Source: Candidatus Latescibacterota bacterium (GTDB lineage: Bacteria; Latescibacterota; UBA2968; UBA8231). From it: a stretch of 64,000 nt of DNA. A model generated the notes under the pieces. That model worked only from the letters and a program-made list of their open reading frames with translations. It was not told the DNA's origin and did not search any database. The stretch's first letter is position 1, and every line of letters starts with the position of its first letter. The stretch lies in the NCBI GenBank assembly GCA_965215195.1, contig CBDCDC010000002.1, forward strand, positions 2,304,001 to 2,368,000. Reading direction: 5' to 3'. Shown piece after piece: positions 1 through 8,645 of the stretch. Made by a program: the position numbers and the translations under genes.

Positions 1-1
1 C

Positions 2-688
2 CAACCGCCGCGCAAGCAAAGCGGCTGGGGGGCCAACTACCACGCCAATCCCGAGCGCGGCTATCACGCCAACGGCGAGCGGGCCGCGGGCAAGACCCTC
101 ATCATTGAGGACTACTGGAACGCCAATCCGGCCTTCGACGTTTTGCTCGATCACCAGCCGACCATGCGCTACATCCACGGCATCGTCAAGCAGCGGCCCA
201 CGATCAACAACTCCGAGATCCGCATCCGCTACCGCGGCAACGCCACTGGCTGCCACGGCGGCACGGTCTCGGCCAGCCAAAAGTACCGCTACAGCTACAC
301 CGAGCACGGCATCGACTGCATGATGGTGCGCATGGTCTATTTCATCCGCGATTGCACCAACGAGCAGGGGGCCTTTTGCGTGGTGCCGGGAACGCACAAG
401 ACCAATCTGCCCTCGCCCCACAGCAACGACCCGGACGAAGACCCAGACATGATCGGCCTAGAGGTCAAAGCCGGCGACGCGATCCTCTTCACCGAAAATT
501 TGCGCCACGGCGGTTTCACCAACCGCTCCGCGCAAACGCGCAAGACCCTGCACGTGGGCTACGGGCCGTATTGGATGATGTCGCAAAACATCGCCACCAT
601 GGACGAAAAGCAGCACATCACCCCGGAGACGTTCGCCCGCCTCACAGAAGCGCAACGGGATTTGTTCCGGGCCTATTCGCCCTCTTAA
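2..688 (+). CDS. Phytanoyl-CoA dioxygenase (PhyH)-family Fe(II)/2OG enzyme, 5'-partial
   Basis: Frame is open from base 2 (QPPRKQSGWGAN...) into the tracked ORF 143..688. Motifs GAFCVVPGTHK and KAGDAILFTENLRHGG...R are typical of PhyH. Confidence 0.85.
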   Translation, partial: QPPRKQSGWGANYHANPERGYHANGERAAGKTLIIEDYWNANPAFDVLLDHQPTMRYIHGIVKQRPTINNSEIRIRYRGNATGCHGGTVSASQKYRYSYTEHGIDCMMVRMVYFIRDCTNEQGAFCVVPGTHKTNLPSPHSNDPDEDPDMIGLEVKAGDAILFTENLRHGGFTNRSAQTRKTLHVGYGPYWMMSQNIATMDEKQHITPETFARLTEAQRDLFRAYSPS

Positions 689-3240
689 GTCGGAAATTCC
701 TCGTAGTAGCGGTCAAAGGCCGCAGGCGTACCGCAGATGTAGAGCGCGTCCTCGGGCGACAGCACCAACGAGGCCGGGATCTCCATGAGCACGTCGCCGG
801 CCCGCTCGACAGCCACCACCGAGCAGCCCGTGCGCTCGCGGATGCGCGCTGCGAGCGGATGGCGTCCGGCGAGGGGGCCGGGCCGGAGCTTAACCATCTT
901 GATCCGCGGCTTGTGCGAAACCGTCTCCCCGAGGACGTGGTGGACCAGCAACTGGCCAGCGACTTGGCTGACCGAGAGCGCGAAATCAGCGCCGGCGCGC
1001 TGCACCCGGTCTGCGTTTTCAACGTGGGACACGCAGGCCAACAAGGGAATCTCCGGGACGTGATCGCGGACCACGGCCGCGGCGAACAGGGCGGCCCCGT
1101 CGCTGTCGAGGGCGAGGATAACTACCCGCGCCTCTGCAATGGCGGCGCGGTCGAGGACGCGGACGTCGAGCACGTCGCCGACCACATCAACTCCGGCGCT
1201 CTCCACCTCATCGACGACCCGCACGTCCTCGCCGGCAGCGCGGAGGATCTCGACTAGCTTCTGCCCCACATCGCCAAAGCCGATCACCGCTATCGGCCCT
1301 TGCTGGGTAATCGGTCGGGCCATGTCGTTTAACCTGTGAATGCTCTCGGGCGTACCGACTGCCACTAAAATGGCTCCGGGCTGTAGCTTTTCCGCAGCGG
1401 CCGGTGGCGAGCCGAGCGCGTCGTCTGCCCACTGCCCGACGATGTGGGCACCGGTGCGGGTGTAGAGCTCGGTCTCGGCCAAGGTGCGATTGGCGAGCGG
1501 GCTTTGGTCGTGAACGCGCAGCTCGGCCACTTCGAGGAGCGAGTCGAGCGGCTCTACGCCCGCCACTCGCGGCCCGATCTTGGCGCTGGCGCGGACGGCA
1601 ATGGCGGCGGCGAGGACGTGGTTGGGAGTAAAGGCTGCGGTTGCACCCGCCAGCAACATGGGGCCGCGGCGCTGGGGGTGCTCGATCATCGCCACAATGG
1701 GACCGGCGAAACCCTGCTCGCGGGCACTGAGCGCGAAAAGCGCGTTGTCGTCGTCTGAGCCGTTGGCTACCAGTGCCTTCGCCTTGGTCAACGGCCGCAG
1801 ATTCAAAGTCTCCGCCGCTAAGCGCGCATGCACGACCTGCACATCGGCACTTGTCTGGAGCTGCCGCGCCAGCGCCTCGTCCTCTTCGATCACCACCAGC
1901 GGCAGGTGCCGGCTGGAAAGCTCTTCTATTAGGGTCTCGACCTCTGGCCCGTATCTGTAGATGACCACCGCGCCCGCCACTGTGGGCAAGGCCCCTTCGG
2001 CTGGGTTCTCGGCGACGAGTGGGGTATTGAACTTGTCGATCTGCAACACCCCGAGGTGGGTGTCCCCTCCATGCGCCACCCGACCTTCTAGGAGGACTGA
2101 ACAGCCTTTGAGCGCCAACGGCGTGAAAAGATTTAACAGGAACGCGGTGAAGATCAAAATGGTAAAGGTCGCCGGATCAACCGCCCCTTTAGCTAGGGCC
2201 AGCGCGGCCAAGATAAAGGCCATCTCGGCGCGGCCGCACATGCCCACTCCCACCGTCAGTGCCTCCCGCCAAGGCATGCCAATGCGCCGCGCCATGCCGC
2301 CGGCGCTGAGCACTTGCCCGGCGATGACCGTCACTGTTAGGAGCGCGATGAACGCCACGCCCGACGCGCTAATGTCAAACGAAATGGAAAAGCCCAGCGA
2401 GATGAAGAAAATCGGCCCGAGGAACGAATAGGCAATGCCATAGGCGCGGTCATTTACCACCTTGACTAGGTTGGGGTGGGCGACCCGCTCCTCAAAGAAC
2501 AGACCCGCCAAGTAGGCACCCAAGATCATGTGCAGCCCAATGGCCTCGGCAAAAAGGCCGGCCGCAATGGCAGCTAACAGCACAAAGGTAAAGCCCTTGC
2601 CGCCTTCGGCGCGGAAGGGTAGGGTGAGGCGGGGATAGACAAAGGTGCCCAAAAGCAGCGAGACCGCGAAAAAGCCCACTACCTTGCCCAAGTTAATTGC
2701 TAGGTCCAAGGGGGCAAAGGTGCCGCCGGAGAGTGCGCCGATCACTAGGCTAAAAAAGATCAAAGTCAAAAGGTCGTTGATGATGCAACTAGCGACGATG
2801 ATCCGCGCCACGCGCGTGTCGGTCAACCCCAAGTCCTTGAGACTTTTGAGGGTGATTACGACAGCGGTAGCGGTTCCGATGATAAGCCCCACGAAGATGG
2901 AAGCGGCCAGATCCAGCCCGAAGAATTGGGCGACGGCAAAGCTGACGGCAAAGGGCACCGCAGCCCCTGCTATCGCCACCCCCAGCGAGCGCTTGAGCGC
3001 GGCGAAAAACTCGTTGGGTTGGGTCTCCACCCCGGCGTGGAACATCAAAAAGAAGATGCCGATCTCGGCCAACAACTGGATGGCCTCATTCGGCTCAATC
3101 CAGCCGAAGACGGCCGGCCCGACCAAGACCCCGACGATCAACTCGCCCATTACGGTGGGCAGGCCCAGCGGCCGCAGGGTAACGGCCACCAGCCAGATCC
3201 CGGCGAGCAGGATGAGTAAGTCGAGGGCTATGTCGTGCAT
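685..3240 (-). CDS. Kef/CPA2-type cation:proton antiporter with two tandem TrkA-N/TrkA-C (RCK) modules
   Basis: Hydrophobic N-terminal ~385 aa with LGLPTVMGELIVGVLVGP and GRAEMAF, then a Rossmann motif VIGFGDVG and two TrkA-C-like segments. Confidence 0.9.
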   Translation of the reverse strand: MHDIALDLLILLAGIWLVAVTLRPLGLPTVMGELIVGVLVGPAVFGWIEPNEAIQLLAEIGIFFLMFHAGVETQPNEFFAALKRSLGVAIAGAAVPFAVSFAVAQFFGLDLAASIFVGLIIGTATAVVITLKSLKDLGLTDTRVARIIVASCIINDLLTLIFFSLVIGALSGGTFAPLDLAINLGKVVGFFAVSLLLGTFVYPRLTLPFRAEGGKGFTFVLLAAIAAGLFAEAIGLHMILGAYLAGLFFEERVAHPNLVKVVNDRAYGIAYSFLGPIFFISLGFSISFDISASGVAFIALLTVTVIAGQVLSAGGMARRIGMPWREALTVGVGMCGRAEMAFILAALALAKGAVDPATFTILIFTAFLLNLFTPLALKGCSVLLEGRVAHGGDTHLGVLQIDKFNTPLVAENPAEGALPTVAGAVVIYRYGPEVETLIEELSSRHLPLVVIEEDEALARQLQTSADVQVVHARLAAETLNLRPLTKAKALVANGSDDDNALFALSAREQGFAGPIVAMIEHPQRRGPMLLAGATAAFTPNHVLAAAIAVRASAKIGPRVAGVEPLDSLLEVAELRVHDQSPLANRTLAETELYTRTGAHIVGQWADDALGSPPAAAEKLQPGAILVAVGTPESIHRLNDMARPITQQGPIAVIGFGDVGQKLVEILRAAGEDVRVVDEVESAGVDVVGDVLDVRVLDRAAIAEARVVILALDSDGAALFAAAVVRDHVPEIPLLACVSHVENADRVQRAGADFALSVSQVAGQLLVHHVLGETVSHKPRIKMVKLRPGPLAGRHPLAARIRERTGCSVVAVERAGDVLMEIPASLVLSPEDALYICGTPAAFDRYYEEFPT

Positions 3241-3325
3241 GAGCGGCGCCTCTGCGCGTTGACTGGTTTACAACAAGGAGTTTAAGAAAAGGACTCAGTA
3301 CACGACACCTACGCGGTGCCTCAAC

Positions 3326-5125
3326 GTGAATCAAAACGCTCCCAACATCCATCCCCGCGAAGTGCGCCAAGCCCTCATGTGGTTTGCCGGCGTCCTGTGG
3401 CGCGGTGCGCCTTGGGCCATGGTCGCCAGCGTCTGCGGCCAATTCCTGCCGGCCTTTTTGCCGGCCGCGAGAATTTTGCTCATCAAAGAGCTAGTCGATG
3501 GCGTCCACGGTGTGTACGGCCAAGGAGCGGAGGGGTTTGCGGTCGTAGTACCGCTGCTAGCTTGGTTGGCTGGGCTGCGGCTGTTGGAGGCAATGCTCTC
3601 GGCGGTGCGGGGACACGCGGCGGCCGCGGTGCGGGAGAAGACGAGCTGGAAGTTGCAGGAGCGGGTGCTCGCGCAAGCGGCGCGGGTGGGGCTGGACGAG
3701 TTCGAGTATCGGGAATTTTTCGACCGCATGCAGCGGGCGCTGCGGGCGGCCTACTTTCGGGCTTACGGCATCTTCCGGGATGCGATGTCCACGCTCGAAA
3801 GCGCGATTGTGCTCTGCACCTTGATCGCGCTCTTTGCGACCGGGCACTGGTCGATCCCGGTGGTGCTGTTCTTGGGCACGGCCCCGGTTTTCTATACCCA
3901 AATGCGGCGCGGGCGCGAAATCTACGCGCTCTTCCACGAGCAGACGCCCGAGCAACGCCGCGCCGAGTATCTCGTGGGTTTGATGACCGATCGCGACGCC
4001 GCCAAGGAGATCCGGCTCTACGGGCTAGGCGCCTTCCTCTGCCGCACTTGGGAGGCCCTAGCGCAGACGCTCCGGCGGCAGCGCTTCGAGCTAACGCTAC
4101 AACAGCAGCGCTATTTGTTCGGCGGGCGGCTGAGTGGCATTAGTTCGGCGCTGTTGGCGCTGGTCATTCTGCTCTATCAGGCCGCCTATGGCGCCCTGAC
4201 CTTGGGGGGATTCTTCGCCTTGGCCGAGACCATCGTGCGCTTCCAAGGCACCCTCTTCCAAATGCTCCGGCAGATGGGCGATGTCTTTGAGCAGGCGCTC
4301 TACATCCGCGACTTGCGCTCGTTTGTGGAGTCGCCGACCGAGCAGGGAGCGGGATGGGAAAAGTTGCCCGAGCAGCCGCTGGACATCGCCGTTGAGGGGG
4401 TGGGGTTTGCCTACGGCGACGGGCCGCCGGTGCTCAACGGGGTCCAGCTGCGGCTCAGGCCCGGGGAGAAGCTAGCGTTGGTAGGTGTCAACGGAGCGGG
4501 CAAGACGACCTTGGTCAAGCTGCTCTTAGGGCTGTACCCGCCGGGCGAGGGCCGGGTGCTCTACAATGGAGTAGATGGACGCCGGATTGACCCGCAGGTA
4601 TTGCGGCGGCGCTGTGCGGCCGTCTTTCAGGACTTTGTGCAGTATCAGCGCACGGCGCGGGAGAATATCGGTTATGGGCAGGCCGAGGAACTGGGCGACC
4701 AAGCCCGGGTGGAGCGGGCGGCGCAGGCAGGCGGGAGTGCGCCGATAGTAGAGGCACTGGCCGCGCGCTACGACGCGACCTTGGGGCGCTACTTCGAGGG
4801 AGGACAGGACCTATCGCGCGGACAGTGGCAGAAGCTGGCGCTGTCGCGGGCCTATTTCCGCGACGCCCAGCTTCTGGTCTTTGACGAGCCGACGGCCGCG
4901 CTAGATCCGCGGGCCGAGTTGGAGGTCTTTCGCCAGTTTCGCGCCTTGAGCGCAGGCAAGTCGGCCGTTTTTGTCTCGCACCGCATGGCCTCGGCCCGGG
5001 TGGCCGACCGCATCCTCGTCTTGGATGGAGGCCGGGTATTGGAGGAGGGGACTCACGATGAGCTGATGGCGCGCGGGGGCGAATACGCGCGGATGTTTGC
5101 GCTGCAAGCACAGGGGTACCAATGA
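3326..5125 (+). CDS. ABC exporter, fused permease + ATPase
   Basis: TM N-half, Walker A GVNGAGKTT, signature LSRGQWQK, Walker B LLVFDEPT. Confidence 0.93.
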   Translation: MNQNAPNIHPREVRQALMWFAGVLWRGAPWAMVASVCGQFLPAFLPAARILLIKELVDGVHGVYGQGAEGFAVVVPLLAWLAGLRLLEAMLSAVRGHAAAAVREKTSWKLQERVLAQAARVGLDEFEYREFFDRMQRALRAAYFRAYGIFRDAMSTLESAIVLCTLIALFATGHWSIPVVLFLGTAPVFYTQMRRGREIYALFHEQTPEQRRAEYLVGLMTDRDAAKEIRLYGLGAFLCRTWEALAQTLRRQRFELTLQQQRYLFGGRLSGISSALLALVILLYQAAYGALTLGGFFALAETIVRFQGTLFQMLRQMGDVFEQALYIRDLRSFVESPTEQGAGWEKLPEQPLDIAVEGVGFAYGDGPPVLNGVQLRLRPGEKLALVGVNGAGKTTLVKLLLGLYPPGEGRVLYNGVDGRRIDPQVLRRRCAAVFQDFVQYQRTARENIGYGQAEELGDQARVERAAQAGGSAPIVEALAARYDATLGRYFEGGQDLSRGQWQKLALSRAYFRDAQLLVFDEPTAALDPRAELEVFRQFRALSAGKSAVFVSHRMASARVADRILVLDGGRVLEEGTHDELMARGGEYARMFALQAQGYQ

Positions 5126-6885
5126 GTCTCTTGCTTAGGATGCTCAAAGAGGCACTACAAGTCCATCCCCTAGGGGTGGGGGGGTTGGCGGTGCTGGCGT
5201 TGGTTAGCTCTCTGCTGCCAGCGGTAGAACTGTGGCTGACCGGGCGGATCGTCGATGAGTTGGCCGCGGTGTTGGGCGAGGGGCGGGCGGCTTTTTTGCA
5301 GGTCCTGCCTTGGGTCGGCGGATTTTTCGGCACGCTCTTTGCCTATATGTTGCTCGATATGGCGCGGGCGATCTTGCAGGTCGATGTGCAGGAAAAAATC
5401 GGCGTGCGGATCCAGCGCCGGGTCATCGACAAGGTGCAAAAGGTCGAGTTGGCCAGCTTTGAGCATCCCGCGTTCTACGACGCGCTCAAGCGGGCCAACG
5501 AGGACCTAAGCGGCCGGCTCCTGAGCCTGCTCAATGTGGTGCTAGACGTCGTCGGTGCGCTCGGGGGGCTGGGCGCGATTGTGGCCGTGATGTTGACCGG
5601 CCACTGGGCACTGGGACCGCTGGTGGTGATTGGTTCGGTGCCGGGGGTATGGGTGATGATGCGGATGAACAAGAAAACGCACTACGTCTATCGCGAGCGC
5701 ACGCCGCAATACCGCGAAACAGCCTATCTCCGCGAGCTGATGACCAAGCGCGAGGAGGCGATGGAGGTGCGTCTGTTCACCCTGCGCGACCATCTGCTCG
5801 ACACGTGGCGCAAAAAAGTGGTTGCACTGGCAAAAGAGCGGCGCGGGCTAGAGACCAAACAGGCATGGCTCGGCGGGCTGACTTCCAGCCTTGACGGCTG
5901 GGCCTACGTAGGCTGCCTGACGATCCTCGCTTGGATGGTGGCCGGGGCGCAATTGACAATTGGCCAGTACGGGATGCTGACGCGGGCGGTGCAGCAGTTT
6001 ACTTGGCGGCTCGAAGGGATCATGCGCTCGCTGGGCACCCTGCACGAGGAATCCCTTTACTTGGGAGACCTCTACGAGTTTTTCAGTCTGGCGGCCTCGG
6101 AGGAATCCGCCGGGCCGGCAGACGCAGGCGGAAAAACAAAAAAGGAAAACCTGTCGCTGCGCTTTGAGAAGGTGTCCTTCCACTATCCAGGCGGCGAAGA
6201 AGTGCTGGCGGATATCGACTTGGACATTCGCCCGGGCGAGCGGATCGCGCTAGTGGGCGAAAACGGGGCCGGCAAGACGACCTTGGTCAAGCTGATGATG
6301 GGACTGTACCAGCCGACGAGCGGACAAATCCTGCTCGGCGACAGGCCGCTACAAGAATGGCCGCGGGAGCGGGTCCGGCGGCTTTTTGCGGCCGTCTTCC
6401 AAGACTTCGTGCGCTTCCAGTTTTCAGTGCGCGACAATATCGCCTTTGGTGCGCTGGGCGAGCAAGCGGCCGTCGAGCAGGCGGCCGAGTGGGCCGGGGC
6501 GGCCGAGTTTATCGCCGAACTACCGGACCAGTACGGGACCCTGCTGGGCAAGGAGCTGGGGGGCGCAGATCTATCGACCGGACAGTGGCAGAAGCTGGCG
6601 ACGGCGAGGGCGCTGGTGCGGGCGGCCGAGTTCGTGGTGCTAGACGAGCCGACGGCGGCGCTGGACCCCAAAGCCGAAGCCGAAGTCTATCGACACTTTG
6701 GGGAGATGACTCGGGGCAAAGCCTCGGTGTTGATTTCGCACCGGCTGGGTGCTGCGCGGATCGCCGACCGAATTTTGGTGCTCAAGGGGGGGCGGCTCAT
6801 CGAGGAGGGGACGCACGAGGCATTGATGCACAAAGGCGGAGAGTACAGCCGCTTGTTCAGCCTGCAAGCTCGGTGGTACGAGTAG
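5122..6885 (+). CDS. ABC exporter, fused permease + ATPase (likely heterodimer partner of the upstream gene)
   Basis: GENGAGKTT, LSTGQWQK, VVLDEPT. ATGA overlap with the upstream gene. Confidence 0.93.
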   Translation: MSLLLRMLKEALQVHPLGVGGLAVLALVSSLLPAVELWLTGRIVDELAAVLGEGRAAFLQVLPWVGGFFGTLFAYMLLDMARAILQVDVQEKIGVRIQRRVIDKVQKVELASFEHPAFYDALKRANEDLSGRLLSLLNVVLDVVGALGGLGAIVAVMLTGHWALGPLVVIGSVPGVWVMMRMNKKTHYVYRERTPQYRETAYLRELMTKREEAMEVRLFTLRDHLLDTWRKKVVALAKERRGLETKQAWLGGLTSSLDGWAYVGCLTILAWMVAGAQLTIGQYGMLTRAVQQFTWRLEGIMRSLGTLHEESLYLGDLYEFFSLAASEESAGPADAGGKTKKENLSLRFEKVSFHYPGGEEVLADIDLDIRPGERIALVGENGAGKTTLVKLMMGLYQPTSGQILLGDRPLQEWPRERVRRLFAAVFQDFVRFQFSVRDNIAFGALGEQAAVEQAAEWAGAAEFIAELPDQYGTLLGKELGGADLSTGQWQKLATARALVRAAEFVVLDEPTAALDPKAEAEVYRHFGEMTRGKASVLISHRLGAARIADRILVLKGGRLIEEGTHEALMHKGGEYSRLFSLQARWYE

Positions 6886-6888
6886 GGG

Positions 6889-7158
6889 TTAGCGCCGTCG
6901 GCCTCTCCGGGGCTTGCCGCGCGAGTGCGCGGAAGGGCGGTTGGTCATTTCCTCGACGACCATGTCAAAGCCCTTGAGGTTTTGCCCGTTGAGCATGTCG
7001 ATGGCCTCGCGAGCCGCGGCCTTGCTGGGCATGTCGATTTGGCCCCAGCGGCGGCGCGGATCAATGGTGACAGCGGCGACAGCTCCAAACAGCTCGAACA
7101 GCGTACGGAGGTCGTCCTCGGTGGTGTCAGCAGCTAGATTATCGACTCGAATTTTCAT
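6889..7158 (-). CDS. RRM (RNP-1) RNA-binding protein
   Basis: MKIRVDNL...EDDLRTLFELFGAV...AIDMLNGQNLKG with an Arg-rich tail. GGAG RBS upstream of the ATG at 7158. Confidence 0.88.
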   Translation of the reverse strand: MKIRVDNLAADTTEDDLRTLFELFGAVAAVTIDPRRRWGQIDMPSKAAAREAIDMLNGQNLKGFDMVVEEMTNRPSAHSRGKPRRGRRR

Positions 7159-7168
7159 CCAAACTCCA

Positions 7169-7208
7169 AAAATAAAAGGGGGTGATGCAGTGTACATCAC
7201 CCCCTTTT
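7169..7208 (-). terminator. Rho-independent terminator between the csp and RRM genes
   Basis: Perfect inverted repeat AAAAGGGGGTGATG (7174-7187) / CATCACCCCCTTTT (7195-7208), with a T-rich tail on the minus strand. Confidence 0.85.
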
Positions 7209-7227
7209 GTGCTTATGAGGCGAGGGC

Positions 7228-7437
7228 CTAAAGTGCTACGACGCTCTCAGCCGCCGGGCCTTTCTTGCCCTGGACGACTTCAAACTCCACCTGCTGCCCG
7301 TCGGACAAGGTGCGAAAACCCTCGGCCCGGATCGCGCTGTGGTGGACGAAAACATCTTCGCCGTTCTGGCGCTCGATAAATCCGAAGCCCTTCGCGTCGT
7401 TGAACCACTTTACGGTTCCCTTCTCGCGGTCTGCCAT
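7228..7437 (-). CDS. cspA: Cold-shock protein
   Basis: [15 protein letters not shown] (RNP1) and DVFVHHSAI (RNP2), 69 aa. The paralog letter is uncertain. Confidence 0.95.
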   Translation of the reverse strand: MADREKGTVKWFNDAKGFGFIERQNGEDVFVHHSAIRAEGFRTLSDGQQVEFEVVQGKKGPAAESVVAL

Positions 7438-7628
7438 GGGTAAAATCCTTTGCAATGTGCGGTTAGAGCAGAACGTGCGAATAACTTTGAGTAGGAATCT
7501 ACTGCTTCAGGCTTTTCGGTAGGAAAACTACATCAGGCCCGGGGGTAGGAATCTACGCGAATCCGAACGACTGCCAACGTGGGTCCATGAACGCCCCTAC
7601 AACTATTGCAGAGACAAGCGATGGGCTA

Positions 7629-7656
7629 AATATAGTCAATCTCAGCCGCAGCACAA
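7629..7656 (-). promoter_or_regulatory. Putative sigma70 promoter of csp, implying a ~185 nt 5' UTR
   Basis: Minus strand TTGTGC-16 nt-TATATT. Long leaders are typical of csp genes. Confidence 0.45.
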
Positions 7657-7824
7657 GCAACTAATTCGCCTGCCGCCGAGCCGTCAAACCCACCCCGTCC
7701 TCTCTACTCATTGGTTTGGAATTGGCACTGCGGCCTTTATATTAAAGGAATTCGCAACCGGATAGACGGCGCCAATCCCGTTTATCCCGTCCATCCACGT
7801 CGCACCAATGGAGATAAATGGCCC

Positions 7825-8544
7825 ATGAGCGCAACCGGACCGGGGTTTGCCACCGAAGACCTGAGCCTCTTTACGCGGATACAGCGCGTGTTTTACGCGC
7901 CGCGCACGGCTTTTGCCGCAGTGCGCGGCCAAGAGAGCGCGCACGACTGGTTGCTGCCGGCGCTCCTCGTTTGCGCGGTGGGGATTGGTGCCTATCACCT
8001 GACCCTCGACGTAGGGGCACCGGCCGTACAGCAGCTAGAGGGCTTGGACGAGGCCGAGCGACAGCGCCTAGAGGCGTTCCAAGCGCATGGCTGGATGGTG
8101 ATCCCGGTGGGGCTTTTTTCTTCTTTAGTCGTGGTTGGGGGCGTGCTTTTGGCGCTGGCGCGCTCCGTTTTCCAAGCCGAGGTCAGCTACCGGCAAATGC
8201 TGGTAGTGAAAGCCTATGCAGCGTTGGTGGTGGCTGTCGAGTGGGCAGTGCGGGCGGTGCTGGTGCTGACAACCGGCGACCTTGAGGCACATCTGGGGCT
8301 GGGCCTCTTTCTGTCCGAGGAGGCTGCCGCCACGTTTGGCGGCCGGGTGCTCGTGGCCCTCAACCCCTTTGACCTGTGGCAGATTGGGATCATGGGCGTC
8401 GGGTTGAGTGCGCTGGCCGACGCGCCCGTGCGCAGGGCGACTCTCGCGCTTGGGCTTCTGTGGCTGTTCTGGCTAGTCGGCGGGGTAGCCATCGAGACCA
8501 TCGGCCAAAACGCACCCCCGCCGCCCAGTGCCCTCCCTTTGTAA
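7825..8544 (+). CDS. Yip1-family membrane protein
   Basis: RIQRVFYAPRTAF N-terminal motif, about five TM segments, LNPFDLW motif. Confidence 0.75.
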   Translation: MSATGPGFATEDLSLFTRIQRVFYAPRTAFAAVRGQESAHDWLLPALLVCAVGIGAYHLTLDVGAPAVQQLEGLDEAERQRLEAFQAHGWMVIPVGLFSSLVVVGGVLLALARSVFQAEVSYRQMLVVKAYAALVVAVEWAVRAVLVLTTGDLEAHLGLGLFLSEEAAATFGGRVLVALNPFDLWQIGIMGVGLSALADAPVRRATLALGLLWLFWLVGGVAIETIGQNAPPPPSALPL

Positions 8545-8634
8545 GCGTTTTGGGCGCGAATGCGCCGATTCTAAGCGTTTTTACACGACAGTAACTATTT
8601 TGGATTCTAATGCGCCGGTTCTAAGCGTTTTACA
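8542..8634. repeat. Intergenic direct repeats AATGCGCCG(A/G)TTCTAAGCGTTTT
   Basis: 23-bp copies at 8559 and 8609 (one mismatch, 50-bp period) plus a partial TAAGCGTTTT at 8542. Confidence 0.85.
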
Positions 8635-8645
8635 GGATCGAGCCC

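Noticed and set aside
8542-8634. Possible mini-CRISPR array
   Set aside because: Only two full repeats and a partial one, irregular spacing, and no cas genes.
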